Source: Phytoactinopolyspora alkaliphila (GTDB taxonomy: Bacteria; Actinomycetota; Actinomycetes; Jiangellales; Jiangellaceae). Taken from it: a stretch of DNA of 64,000 bases. The notes beneath the pieces were generated by a model, which worked only from the letters and a program-made list of their open reading frames with translations, was not told the origin of the DNA and made no database searches. This document shows, piece after piece, positions 22,911 through 33,051 of the stretch; position 1 is the first letter of the stretch, and every line of letters starts with the position of its first letter. A program made the position numbers and the translations under genes. The stretch is taken from contig NZ_JAAGOB010000012.1 of assembly GCF_010550695.1 (NCBI RefSeq), positions 13,844 to 77,843 on the forward strand, read 5' to 3'.

Positions 22911-24818
22911 GTGCGGGTGTCGATGGGTGGCGCGTGGATGGCTTCCCGTTCCTTTTCACGGGACCGGAGTGTGACCGAGCGCAGGCTCACCCGTGGAACC
23001 ACCAAGCGCATCCTGCGGTTCGCCGGGCCGTACCGGCGGCAGATCGCGGTCTTCCTGGTGACGACGGTGGCCTCGGCGGCAAGCGCCGCTGCCGTCCCGC
23101 TGCTGCTCAAGCTGGTCATCGACTCCGGGGTCGTCCCGCAACGCCGTGACATCGTCGTCTGGGGAGCCTTGGCGGTGGCGGGGCTTGCCCTGCTCGACGC
23201 CGGGCTCAACCTTCTGGGCCGGTGGATGTCGGCGCGGGTGGGGGAAGGTCTCATCTTCGATCTACGCCGCCAGGTCTTCGACCACGTCCAGCGCCAGCCC
23301 GTCGCCTTCTTCACCCGCACCCAGACGGGATCGCTGGTCTCGCGGCTGAACTCCGACGTGGTGGGCGCCCAGCAGGCGTTCACGGGGACACTGTCCCAGG
23401 TGGTCAGCAACGCCGTGACGCTCGTGCTGGCTCTCGGAGCCATGCTGATTTTGTCATGGCAGATAACTCTGGTGGTGCTGGTGCTGGTGCCGCTGTTCCT
23501 GCTTCCGGCCAAGCTGATCGGCCGGAGGCTTGCCGACATCTCTCGTGAGTCGATGCAGCTCAATGCCGCGATGAGTCAGACGATGACGGAGCGGTTCAAT
23601 GTCGCGGGCGCGCTGCTGGTGAAGATCTTCGGACGCTATGAGCGCGAGACGGAGACGTTCAGCCAGGATGCCGCCCGAGTGCGCGATATCGGCATCGTCC
23701 AGGCGTTGTACGCGCGGTACTTCTTTGTGGGGCTGACGTTCCTGGCGTCGCTCGCCACGGCGGTGGTGTACGGAGTGGGTGGCTGGCTCGCCATCGACGG
23801 CACGCTGCAGGTCGGCACCCTCGTGGCTCTCGCCGCCTTGCTGACCCGGCTGTACGGCCCGCTGACGGCATTGTCGAACGTGCAGGTGGATGTCATGACG
23901 GCGCTAGTGAGCTTCGAGCGCGTGTTCGAGGTGCTCGACCTCGAACCCATGGTCAGGGATCTCCCCGGTGCGACTGTGCTGGTAGCCAGGCAGCCGGCGC
24001 CGCTGGACTCTTCCGCGCCCGCGCTGTCGATCGAGTTCGACGACGTGAGCTTCCGGTATCCGTCGCCCGGCGAGGTGTCGCTGGCATCTCTGGAAGCCGT
24101 GGCCCGGCCGGCCAGCAACGGGACGGGCGAGGAGGTGCTGCACGACGTCTCCTTCCGGGTCGATCCCGGGCAGATGGTTGCGCTGGTCGGTCCTTCCGGA
24201 GCCGGTAAGACGACCATCACCCAGCTCGTGGGCCGCCTGTATGACCCGGACCGAGGTGTGGTCAGGGTCGGGGGCCGCGACGTCCGGCAGGTGACACTCG
24301 AGTCGCTGCACGACGCCGTGGGTGTCGTGACCCAGGACGCGCACATGTTCCACGACAGCATCCGTTATAACCTTGCCTACGCCCGTCCGGACGCCAGCGA
24401 CGACGAGCTTCTCGCCGCCGTGTCCGCGGCACAGATCGGGGAGCTGATCGCCGCCTTGCCCGACGGCCTGGACACCGTGGTGGGGGACCGGGGTTACCGC
24501 CTGTCCGGCGGGGAGAAGCAGCGCCTGGCCATCGCCAGGCTGTTGCTGAAGGCACCTCGAGTGGTGGTACTGGACGAGGCGACGGCGCACCTGGACTCGG
24601 AGTCGGAGGCAGCCGTCCAGCGAGCGCTGAAGACGGCCCTGGTAGGCCGGACGTCGCTGGTCATCGCCCACCGGCTGTCCACCGTGCGTGATGCCGACAT
24701 GATCCTCGTCGTGGTCGCGGGCCGCATCGTCGAGCGGGGCACGCACGACGAGCTGCTGCATGCCGGCGGCACCTACGCCGAGCTGTATCGGACTCAGTTC
24801 GCTTTGCAGGCCGGCTGA
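22911..24818 (+). CDS. ABC transporter, fused permease/ATP-binding (type I exporter, MsbA/MdlB-like)
   Basis: 635 aa with an N-terminal 6-TM domain and a C-terminal ABC domain carrying Walker A GPSGAGKTT, signature LSGGEKQR and Walker B VVLDEATA. The start codon is uncertain. Confidence 0.9.
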   Translation: MRVSMGGAWMASRSFSRDRSVTERRLTRGTTKRILRFAGPYRRQIAVFLVTTVASAASAAAVPLLLKLVIDSGVVPQRRDIVVWGALAVAGLALLDAGLNLLGRWMSARVGEGLIFDLRRQVFDHVQRQPVAFFTRTQTGSLVSRLNSDVVGAQQAFTGTLSQVVSNAVTLVLALGAMLILSWQITLVVLVLVPLFLLPAKLIGRRLADISRESMQLNAAMSQTMTERFNVAGALLVKIFGRYERETETFSQDAARVRDIGIVQALYARYFFVGLTFLASLATAVVYGVGGWLAIDGTLQVGTLVALAALLTRLYGPLTALSNVQVDVMTALVSFERVFEVLDLEPMVRDLPGATVLVARQPAPLDSSAPALSIEFDDVSFRYPSPGEVSLASLEAVARPASNGTGEEVLHDVSFRVDPGQMVALVGPSGAGKTTITQLVGRLYDPDRGVVRVGGRDVRQVTLESLHDAVGVVTQDAHMFHDSIRYNLAYARPDASDDELLAAVSAAQIGELIAALPDGLDTVVGDRGYRLSGGEKQRLAIARLLLKAPRVVVLDEATAHLDSESEAAVQRALKTALVGRTSLVIAHRLSTVRDADMILVVVAGRIVERGTHDELLHAGGTYAELYRTQFALQAG

Positions 24819-24920
24819 AGGTGCCCACCTGCGGCTCCACGAGGTGTCGTCGGCCTCGAACCAGCGCCGTCGTTTCACTCAGCCGCTAGCGGCGAGTCGC
24901 CGGTAGGCCGGGTTTGTATC

Positions 24921-25676
24921 GTGGGCGGTATGCATCATCCGCGACGTCGGCCCGCCGCTCTGCCGGCAGCATTCTTCACGCTCGTCCTGCTCGTCGGGGG
25001 CTGTGGCGACGAGGAGCCTGCCGGCCCCGGTGTGGGCGAAGGTAGCGAGACCTCTGCCGGCGGAGCGCCGCAGTCCCCGGACACCGGTGCTCCCGGCTCC
25101 GAGACCGCCCAAGGCGACGACGGTGGGGGAGACGAGAGCGCCGAAGGTGGCACGGACGACGAGACCTCGGACGACGAGACCTCGGACGACGGCCGCGGCG
25201 ACGAGAGTGGTCAGGACGGCGAGGAGTCCGGCGAGGCTGGTGCGGCAGCCGGCGTGACACCGAGCCCGGGCGTAGTCGGCGAGGTGCCGGCCAGGTGCCC
25301 CGAGGAAGTGGTCGCGGTGGGAGAGCGCATCACCGCGGACTACGAGCACGTCGAGATGCCGCCCGGGGACCAGCTTGCGATTCTCACCTGCGACTGGCGG
25401 GACTCGGGCAACACCATCGCCAGTGTCGAAGTGAGCTTCTCGCAGCGGATCTACGGCACCGACCTGGCCGATGTGGAAGGTGCGGAACCGGTGACGATCG
25501 CCGGCGTGGACGGCTACGTCCTGGACTCGGGCGAGCGCAAGGTCACCGCCACCATGTTCCAGTTCCACGCTGAGGGCCTGTACATCACAGGTGGATCGAT
25601 TGAGGTCGCCGACGTCGAGCAGGGTGACGTGCTGGCGCTGGCCGAAGCGGCCATCGAGTTCGTCACGTCACGGTGA
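24921..25676 (+). CDS. Putative lipoprotein with an acidic low-complexity linker
   Basis: Signal peptide with a lipobox-like LLVGGC, then a long D/E/G/S-rich region, then a roughly 130-aa C-terminal domain. No recognisable catalytic motif. Confidence 0.55.
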   Translation: MGGMHHPRRRPAALPAAFFTLVLLVGGCGDEEPAGPGVGEGSETSAGGAPQSPDTGAPGSETAQGDDGGGDESAEGGTDDETSDDETSDDGRGDESGQDGEESGEAGAAAGVTPSPGVVGEVPARCPEEVVAVGERITADYEHVEMPPGDQLAILTCDWRDSGNTIASVEVSFSQRIYGTDLADVEGAEPVTIAGVDGYVLDSGERKVTATMFQFHAEGLYITGGSIEVADVEQGDVLALAEAAIEFVTSR

Positions 25677-25701
25677 ACGCGACCGTCGTCGGCCCTCGGA
25701 G

Positions 25702-25752
25702 GCCACAGGCCCTTGCAGGCCACAGGTCCTTGCAGGCCACAGGTCCTTGCAG
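25702..25752. repeat. 17-bp tandem repeat x3 (GCCACAGGYCCTTGCAG) between convergent genes
   Basis: Three contiguous copies are seen at 25702-25718, 25719-25735 and 25736-25752. Immediately downstream is a GC hairpin CCCGGCAGGCTGCCGGG (25765-25781). Confidence 0.85.
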
Positions 25753-25801
25753 GCCTCCGTGCCCCCCGGCAGGCTGCCGGGCCGCCGGCACACCGGCCGC
25801 A

Positions 25802-28800
25802 TCAGTCGGCGTGGTGGCCCTTCGGCCGGCGCGCCCGTGCGCCACGGCTGGGCTGGTCGAACGCCTTGTCGGTGATCGAGTTGATCGCGTCCTCGATGCC
25901 GCCCACGCGATCTGCGAGCAGTCCCACGGCACCGACCGCCCGGCTCATCGGGTCCTCGTCGTCCCCGCCCAGGGCTTTGGCCCGCAGATAGGCCGACTTC
26001 ACCTCCGCCCATCGCTCGGCCTGCTCGGTGGTGAGCCGTCCACGCAGCTCCGCCAGCTTGAGTAGATTCGCCTCCGCGCCGGCGGTCAAGGTCTGTGCCT
26101 CGCCCACATAGTGGTCGTCGACCAGCGCCTCGAGCTCGTCGTCGTTCATCACCGCCACCACCCGGCCGGCCAGGGCGTTCATGTTGCGGTAGGAGCCCTG
26201 CAGCTGGAACGGCGGCTCGGTCCGCGATGCGTCGGTCTGGGCGGCCGAGGCGATGTAAGCCTGGTTGTTCGCCAGCACCACCTCCTGAACCCGGATCAAT
26301 TTACGCAGCACCGTGAGGATCTGGTCGAGCTCCACCGAGGAGTAGGGATGGACGAGCTGATCGCGCTGGGCGTTCTGGTCGCCGCGGGCAAGGCGCACCA
26401 GGAGGTCGACGTCGGCGCGCTCACGCGTGGACACGGGCGCGAGCACCGAGTTCGCGGTGAGGGAGTTCTCGATGTAGCTCAGTGCGAAGAGCTCGTCGCG
26501 GCCGGAGAGGACGTCACCGAGGTTCCATACGTCGGCGCGGTTGGCCAGCATGTCCGGCACCCGGAAACGCTGCCCTTGCTCGGTGTACGGGTTGCCGGCC
26601 ATGCACACGGCGAACCGCTTGCCGCGCAGGTCGTAGGTGCGCGTACGCCCGTTCCACACGCCCTCCATCCGGCGCTGGGCATCGCACATGGAGATGAACT
26701 TCTGCAGCAGCTCCGGATTGGTGTGCTGGATGTCGTCGAGATAGAGCAGGACGTTGTTGCCCATCTCCAGCGCGAAGTTGATCTTCTCGACCTCTTGCCG
26801 TGCCGTCGCGTTCGGCGCCTCCGCTGGATCCACCGAGGTGACCGCGTGCCCGAGCGCTGGCCCGTTCACTTTGACGAATACCAGCCCCAGGCGGCTGGCG
26901 ACGTACTCCATCAACGTCGTCTTGCCGTAGCCGGGCGGCGAGATCAGTAGCAGCAGTCCACTCTGGTCGACGCGCCTGGACTCGCCCGTGGCGCCGAGTT
27001 GCTTGGCCAGGTTGTCGCCGATCAGCGGCAGGTAGACCTCGTCGAGGAGACGGTTGCGGACGAAGCCGCTCATCACCTGCGGCTTGTACTCGTCCAGCCG
27101 GAGGACGTCGCGCTGGCGGGCGACGAGTTCGCTGCGCTGGCGCTGGTAGGCCCGGTAGGCCGGTACCCGCTCCAAGCGGAAGCGACGCGTGCGGGACAGC
27201 ACCTCGTCCAGCCGGACGCGCAGACTGCGTTCGGCGATCCGCGGGTGGGTTCCGAGTAGCCCGGTGACTGTGCTGGTCAGTGCCGCCGAGGAGTCGTACC
27301 GCGTGAGCGCGGTGCCGCACAACTCGATAGCGACGGCCTCGGGAAGATCGGAGGCCTCGAATGCCGAGGGTTCCCGCGAACGACGCTCCCCGCCGCCCGG
27401 CTCGGTGTCGGCGGTGGCCGTCATGAAGGAGCTCAGCCACGCCGTGGCGAGCTGATGCCGGGCGGCCAGATCGGATTCGAGGGCACGCAGGTCCTCTTCG
27501 AACGCCTGGCGCGATCCGGCACCCGAGCGGCGGCTCAGCGAGCGGTGGAACGAGTCGAGAAGCTTCTTCGCGCCGGCGTGAGCGACGAATCCGGCCGAGG
27601 CGTCAGCGAGTTCCTCGAACAGGTACTCGCCGGCCTGGGAGGCGTCGTCGCCGGCCACCTGTGCGGAGAGGCCCGCGTCGTGATGGAACGCGGCGATAGC
27701 CTCCCTGAGCTCGTCGCAGAGCGAGTCGACCGCGTCGGACCGGTGGAAGTTGAAGGCCGACCGGGCCTTGTGCAGCGACGCGGCCCGCGTGGACCACGAG
27801 GATCTGGCTTGTTGGTCCGCTCCGAAGGCCCAGAACAGCTGTGCCGCGCTCCGCGCGGCCGGTGTGTACCGCAGCAAGTCGGCGGCCGTGTACATCCGCA
27901 GGAGCACGTCGAGGATGGCAGCGGCGTCGTGATCGTGCACGCCGCGTTCGTAACCCTCGTCGTATCGGCTCTCCGCGACCTCACGCACCAGCCGCAGCAG
28001 CCCGTTCTCGGCGATGGCCGCTTCATGGAGGCGCTCGAGGGTGAGGCCGTTGCGCTCCTGAGCGTCGGCGAGGATCGACGCCGCGAGGTATTCGGCGCGG
28101 TACACGTCGGGCGCTTCGGAGACGAGCAACTGATCCCAGAACGGGCGGGTCTTCTCGAACTCGGGATCGTCGACGGGGGCGTGGAAGTCGGTCCCGGTGA
28201 CGGTGAAGGTCATCCGGCCGTCGTGGGGGACCAGGGTCAAGTCGATCGCTTGCGTGTTGACCGCGAACCGGTGCTGGCCGAAGCGGATCGTCTCGCCGCC
28301 GTCGTCGTACAGGTCGATGCGGTCTCGCAGTGCCCGGCCGGCCTCCTGCTGCGCGGCCTTGATCCGGCCGTCGAGCTCCTCTGCTCGGACCTGGTCGCCG
28401 AGCTCGCGGAGCTCGGTGGCGACTTTCCGGAGCCTCGCGACCATCGCGTCGGAGGCGAAGTACGTGTTGACCTCGTCGACCGAGCCGAGAGAGGTGACAC
28501 GCCGCTGCACGTTGGTGAGGATGCGCTCGGCCGAGTCGGTGAGACGGTCGGCCCGTCGGGTGCGCTCGTCGACGAGCGCCTGCTTGCGCGCGGAGAACGC
28601 CTCGTAGACGTCTTCCCGCTTGGTCTCGAGCTCAGCCAGGAAGTCGTCGAATTCGGTGAAGCGGGCCTCGAGGTTCTCCAGCTGCAGCAGCAGCCGGCCG
28701 AGCTGATCGTCGCACGCGTCGGGGGTGTTCGCCACCGCCAGAGCACCGGTGATCGCCTGTCCGAGCAGCGCGAACTCAGCGGCGAACTCCGCCCGTCCCT

Positions 28801-30988
28801 CGGTAGCGAGCAGGTCGCGCCGGCGGCCCTCGAGTGTGGCTCGGGCCCGGTTCAGCGCGCCGAGCACCTCGCCGATCCGCTCGAGAATGGCAGTGCGCAT
28901 GGTGGCGTCGGCGATGTCCAAGGATCCGATGACGTCGGTCACCGTCTCCAGCGCCTGGGACTGCTCGGCCAGCCGGTCGGCCACCTCGGTGGCGTCGGCG
29001 ACCGTGGGAATCACCGCCGCCTCGGCGGTGAGCCGGTCCACATCCTCGTGATAGCTGAGGAAGGCGTCCTCGCGTTGCAGGAACTCCACGGCCCGCTCGG
29101 CCGCGGAGGCGAGCTCGTCCTCAAGGGTCCGGTCCAGCTCGTCCAGCCGGTCCGCGTCGACGTAGCGCATGTCGCGCAGCGTCACCACGTGCCCCTTGGA
29201 CCGCCGGAGCTCGGCGAGCTGGGTCACCCACGCCTCAGCGGAGCGCGGAGCCTCGCCACGTACCCGCCGCACCAGGGACTGGATGCTCTGCGCCGTTTCT
29301 TCCACGGCCGCCGTGGACTGAGCGATCAGCGCCTGGACGTTCTCGAACTCGTCCAGAACCTGTTCCGCGGTGGTCCTGATCTCCGCCAGTGGCGTGCGTA
29401 GATCTGAGAGGTCACGATCCCCGAGCCAGTGATAGCTGTCGAAGGCGCGGGCGCAGGCGGCGATGATCGCCTCGAACACCGCGGTGGACGGTGCCATCTC
29501 GCTGATCATCCGGGTCACGGACAGGCAGTCGGAGATACCCCGGACGAGCTCGGCGTTGCCGACCCGCTCGAGGGGGCCGGTTCCCACGGGCTGGGCGGCC
29601 GCGTAGACGTCGGACTGGAACGGCGTCTGCCACACCTGCACTGGGTGGACCCGCGTTGGTTCCTCGGACGTGGCGCGCAGGATCACCAGCGTGCCGTCGT
29701 CGAAGAGCGAGTATCCGTGGCAGGGGATCGGGGTGGCCACGTCCTTGCGGATCACGTTGTAGGGCAGGAGCAGCGAGCGGCCCTCTTCGCGGGCATGGAA
29801 GACGTACAGAACGTCCTCGCCGTTGGGCGAGCGGATCGTGCGCTTGAACTCCAGGTCGGTGACGTCGGCATCGAAGGTCCGGTACTCGCCGGTGGCAAGG
29901 TAGTAGCCATCCGGGAAGATGATGCCGTGATCCTCGGGTAGCTGCAGGCAGGCCTGTCCGATGCCGTCGAGGCGGACGACCTGGGTGGTCCTGGTGTTGA
30001 AGACGAGGTGGCGCCACGTGGTCTCGTTGTAGGGCCGGATCCGGAGCAGGATGAGCGAGCCCAGACGGGCGTAGTGCACGTCGGCGTCGGCGAGACTCTG
30101 CAGTGCCTCGTCCACCGGCTCACGGTAGATGCCCGCGCCCGACTCGGTGTTGTTCTCCACCTTGATGGTGAGCTCGCCGCCAGTGGTCTCCACGAAGACG
30201 GCGTCCTCGATCGAGATGTGCGGGTACCGTCCCGGGACGTGGTTCTCCCGGGTGGTCTCGATCCACTCGAAGTCGTGCGATGGCGGGAAGGTGTGGTCAC
30301 GGTCGCCGCGGTTGTCCTGGTAGGCGAGCGTCCCGTCCGGTCCGGTCCGCCAGCGCAGCACTCGGGTGTCGTCGATACTGGGCCCGGTCTGGAAGACCGC
30401 GAGGAGCTTGTCCTCGGTCCGGCGGAGCTGAAGAAGGCGAGTCTGCCGGAAGTACCGGTACATGTCCGCGAACTCGCGCTGGAACCGGTCGCCTTCCAGC
30501 AGCCCGGGCAGCTCGTCCAGATCGGCGTCGTCGAAGCGGAAGGAGCCCGTAGCGGCCTCATCGCCTGCACCGGCTGCCGTGTCGCCCGCGGCTCGCGCGA
30601 ACCGGTGCAGCGAGAAGACGTCGGAGATCTTGGTCTCCGGCTTCATGCCGATGAACACGTTGTAGCCGAAGAGCATCAACCCGCCGGCGCCGGCGTTGCC
30701 GTTTCCGTCCACTTCCTGTGGGGACCCCATGCTGAGTGAGACGATGTCCCGCGGCACGCAATTGTGCTCGGTGCGGATCCGTTCAGTGCCGATCAGCTCG
30801 AGCTGGGCTCCACCGAAGACGTCCAGGCGCTGGACATTGAGCCGCTCGGCCCGGGCAGCGAGTTCTCCGGCCTGTTCCCGCAGCCGGGAACGGAGCACCT
30901 CGTAGGTGCCGGCTTCCAGGCCGGGGTGGTCGTCGTTCTCGGTGCGCTCGGAGCCGGCCGGCGGGGCTTCGGTCGTGGTCTCGGACAC
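25802..30988 (-). CDS. Giant 1728-aa protein with a C-terminal AAA+ (AAA_5-like) ATPase module, co-operonic with flotillin/NfeD; function unknown
   Basis: A single uninterrupted ORF whose start lies 7 nt after the flotillin stop. Walker A LLISPPGYGKTT and Walker B VLLYLDDIQH lie about 380-300 aa from the C-terminus, followed by a sensor-like GNPYTEQGQRFRVPDMLANRADVW segment. The N-terminal roughly 500 aa look beta-rich; the middle roughly 800 aa are alpha-helical with charged repeats. Confidence 0.8.
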   Translation of the reverse strand: MSETTTEAPPAGSERTENDDHPGLEAGTYEVLRSRLREQAGELAARAERLNVQRLDVFGGAQLELIGTERIRTEHNCVPRDIVSLSMGSPQEVDGNGNAGAGGLMLFGYNVFIGMKPETKISDVFSLHRFARAAGDTAAGAGDEAATGSFRFDDADLDELPGLLEGDRFQREFADMYRYFRQTRLLQLRRTEDKLLAVFQTGPSIDDTRVLRWRTGPDGTLAYQDNRGDRDHTFPPSHDFEWIETTRENHVPGRYPHISIEDAVFVETTGGELTIKVENNTESGAGIYREPVDEALQSLADADVHYARLGSLILLRIRPYNETTWRHLVFNTRTTQVVRLDGIGQACLQLPEDHGIIFPDGYYLATGEYRTFDADVTDLEFKRTIRSPNGEDVLYVFHAREEGRSLLLPYNVIRKDVATPIPCHGYSLFDDGTLVILRATSEEPTRVHPVQVWQTPFQSDVYAAAQPVGTGPLERVGNAELVRGISDCLSVTRMISEMAPSTAVFEAIIAACARAFDSYHWLGDRDLSDLRTPLAEIRTTAEQVLDEFENVQALIAQSTAAVEETAQSIQSLVRRVRGEAPRSAEAWVTQLAELRRSKGHVVTLRDMRYVDADRLDELDRTLEDELASAAERAVEFLQREDAFLSYHEDVDRLTAEAAVIPTVADATEVADRLAEQSQALETVTDVIGSLDIADATMRTAILERIGEVLGALNRARATLEGRRRDLLATEGRAEFAAEFALLGQAITGALAVANTPDACDDQLGRLLLQLENLEARFTEFDDFLAELETKREDVYEAFSARKQALVDERTRRADRLTDSAERILTNVQRRVTSLGSVDEVNTYFASDAMVARLRKVATELRELGDQVRAEELDGRIKAAQQEAGRALRDRIDLYDDGGETIRFGQHRFAVNTQAIDLTLVPHDGRMTFTVTGTDFHAPVDDPEFEKTRPFWDQLLVSEAPDVYRAEYLAASILADAQERNGLTLERLHEAAIAENGLLRLVREVAESRYDEGYERGVHDHDAAAILDVLLRMYTAADLLRYTPAARSAAQLFWAFGADQQARSSWSTRAASLHKARSAFNFHRSDAVDSLCDELREAIAAFHHDAGLSAQVAGDDASQAGEYLFEELADASAGFVAHAGAKKLLDSFHRSLSRRSGAGSRQAFEEDLRALESDLAARHQLATAWLSSFMTATADTEPGGGERRSREPSAFEASDLPEAVAIELCGTALTRYDSSAALTSTVTGLLGTHPRIAERSLRVRLDEVLSRTRRFRLERVPAYRAYQRQRSELVARQRDVLRLDEYKPQVMSGFVRNRLLDEVYLPLIGDNLAKQLGATGESRRVDQSGLLLLISPPGYGKTTLMEYVASRLGLVFVKVNGPALGHAVTSVDPAEAPNATARQEVEKINFALEMGNNVLLYLDDIQHTNPELLQKFISMCDAQRRMEGVWNGRTRTYDLRGKRFAVCMAGNPYTEQGQRFRVPDMLANRADVWNLGDVLSGRDELFALSYIENSLTANSVLAPVSTRERADVDLLVRLARGDQNAQRDQLVHPYSSVELDQILTVLRKLIRVQEVVLANNQAYIASAAQTDASRTEPPFQLQGSYRNMNALAGRVVAVMNDDELEALVDDHYVGEAQTLTAGAEANLLKLAELRGRLTTEQAERWAEVKSAYLRAKALGGDDEDPMSRAVGAVGLLADRVGGIEDAINSITDKAFDQPSRGARARRPKGHHAD

Positions 30989-30995
30989 GCCGGTG

Positions 30996-33005
30996 TTACT
31001 GCTTCGCGCCGGTCAGAGCGGCCACGGGCTGGTCGGCGAAGCCCAGACTGCGCGCCGTGTCGAGCAGGCCCTGCAGCTTCGCCGTGTTCGGCCCGCCCTT
31101 GCCGATCAGCTGCATGAGCAGCGCGGAGACGGTGAGATTCTTCAGGTCCTCGGTGTCGAAGGAGCCGAGCAGCCCGGTGATGTCGTCGACGAAGCTCGAC
31201 GAGCCGTTCAACCAGGGCTTGGCGAGCGTGCTGACCACCTCCGAGTTGCCGACGAACCCGTCCACGCCCTTGCCGAGGGAGATCGAGCTCATCAGCCGGT
31301 CGAAGAAGACGCTCTCGCCGCCGACGATGCTGATGTCGGCCTGCTCCAGACCCGTGGCCAGAACACTGGCCTGGGCCTCGGCGACGTCCTTCTGGACGTT
31401 GAGGGAAGCGAGCCTGACGTCCTTCTCCATCTCCAGCCGCAGCCGGAACTCCTCGTGCTCCCGGCTCGCGTCATCCAGCGCCGCCATCGCGGCCGCCTTC
31501 TCGGTGAGACCTTCCGCCTCGCCCTTGAGCTTCTCCCGGATCGCCTCGGCCTCGACGAGTGCCTTCTCCCGCGCGGCGGACGCCTCGGCCCGGCCGACCT
31601 TCTCGATGACCTCGGCGTCGCGCTCGCGGACCTGGACGTCGGCCAAGCCTGCAGCGGCGGCCTCGGCTTGAGTTCCTTCGGCGAGGCGGATCTTGGCTTG
31701 CGCGTCCAGCTCTGCCGCCTGCTGGCGGGCATCGGCGAGCACCAGCTCTTCCTGGGCCTTGTGCTTGGCGGCCTGTTCGGCGGCCTCCGCGGCCTTGATG
31801 TCCTTGACCAGGTTCTCCTGGGCTTCCGCCTCGGCCGTGATGACTCGGGCCTCGCGCTCCCGCTCCGCTTCCTCGACCGTGCGGACTCGCTTGATGTTCT
31901 CTTCCTGCTCGGCGACGGTCTTGTCGACCGCGACGCGTTCCCGCACGATCTCGGCGACCGCGCGCTTCTCGGTCTCGACCTCCTTCGCCATCTCGATGGT
32001 GGCGAGCTCGGTTTCCCGGTCCCGCGCCACGACCTCGAGCATGCGGTCCTTCTCGATCTTCTCCGTCTCGACCGCGACGACACGCTGCCGGTTCAGTTCG
32101 GCCACCGCGATCTCGCGGGCCTTGTTCTCGTTCTGCACACCGATCTGCTCGTCGGTGCGCAGGTTCGCGGCCTCGGCCTTGAACCGCTCCTCCGCCCGGA
32201 CACGTGCCGTCTCAGCCTCTTCACGCGCCCGCAGAGTATCGACCTCACGCTGCTGGGTCGCCTCGGCGTCGGCCTGGCGGCGCTCCAGCTCGAGGATCGC
32301 CTCACGCGCGTCGACGTTCTGGCGGGTGATCTCCTTCTCGCGGTTGCGCTCGTAGTCGTTGGTGCGGATGTGCTCCAGCGCGGTGAGTTCGGTGATCTTC
32401 CGGATGCCCTGGGCGTCCAGGATGTTCTGGCCGTCGAGCTGGGACATCGGTGTCTGCTCGAGGAAGTCGATCGCGGCGTCCTCGAGGCTGTAACCGTTGA
32501 GGTCGGTGCCGATGACCCGGATGATCTGGTCACGGAACTCGTCACGCTTGGTGTAGAGGTCGACGAAGTCCATGTGCTTGCCGACGGTCTTCAGCGCCTC
32601 GGAGAACTTGGCGTTGAACAGCTCCTGCAGAGTGTTCTGATCGCTGGCGCGCGCGGTGCCGATGGCCTGGGCGACCTTCACGACGTCTTCGACGGTCTTG
32701 TTGACCCGGACGAAGAAGGTGATCCTGATGTCCGCCCGGATGTTGTCCTTGCAGATCAGGCCTTCGTGACCGGTCCGTTCGATGTCGATGGTCTTGACCG
32801 AGATGTCCATGAACTCGGCCTTGTGAATGATCGGCAGGACCACCGCGCCGGTGAAGGTGACGTCGACTCTCTTCACCTTCGAGATGATCAACGCCCGGCC
32901 CTGCTCGACCTTGCGGAACAGCCGGGTGATCACGAAGACCAAGCCCAGCAGCACGATGAGTATGACGGCTAGCAGCACACCGAAACCGGTGCCGAGGGTT
33001 TCCAT
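30996..33005 (-). CDS. Flotillin-like protein (SPFH/band-7 domain plus long EA-rich coiled coil), YqiK/FloT type
   Basis: 669 aa with an N-terminal TM helix and an SPFH core (RALIISKVKRVDVTFTGAVVLPIIHKAEFMDISVKTIDIER...). It is followed by about 300 aa of E/A/R/K-rich heptad repeats and a C-terminal flotillin tail. Confidence 0.9.
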   Translation of the reverse strand: METLGTGFGVLLAVILIVLLGLVFVITRLFRKVEQGRALIISKVKRVDVTFTGAVVLPIIHKAEFMDISVKTIDIERTGHEGLICKDNIRADIRITFFVRVNKTVEDVVKVAQAIGTARASDQNTLQELFNAKFSEALKTVGKHMDFVDLYTKRDEFRDQIIRVIGTDLNGYSLEDAAIDFLEQTPMSQLDGQNILDAQGIRKITELTALEHIRTNDYERNREKEITRQNVDAREAILELERRQADAEATQQREVDTLRAREEAETARVRAEERFKAEAANLRTDEQIGVQNENKAREIAVAELNRQRVVAVETEKIEKDRMLEVVARDRETELATIEMAKEVETEKRAVAEIVRERVAVDKTVAEQEENIKRVRTVEEAEREREARVITAEAEAQENLVKDIKAAEAAEQAAKHKAQEELVLADARQQAAELDAQAKIRLAEGTQAEAAAAGLADVQVRERDAEVIEKVGRAEASAAREKALVEAEAIREKLKGEAEGLTEKAAAMAALDDASREHEEFRLRLEMEKDVRLASLNVQKDVAEAQASVLATGLEQADISIVGGESVFFDRLMSSISLGKGVDGFVGNSEVVSTLAKPWLNGSSSFVDDITGLLGSFDTEDLKNLTVSALLMQLIGKGGPNTAKLQGLLDTARSLGFADQPVAALTGAKQ

Positions 33006-33051
33006 CTCGTGAGAATCCTTACGTCAAGAACGAATGGTGAGGCCGGGTGGG

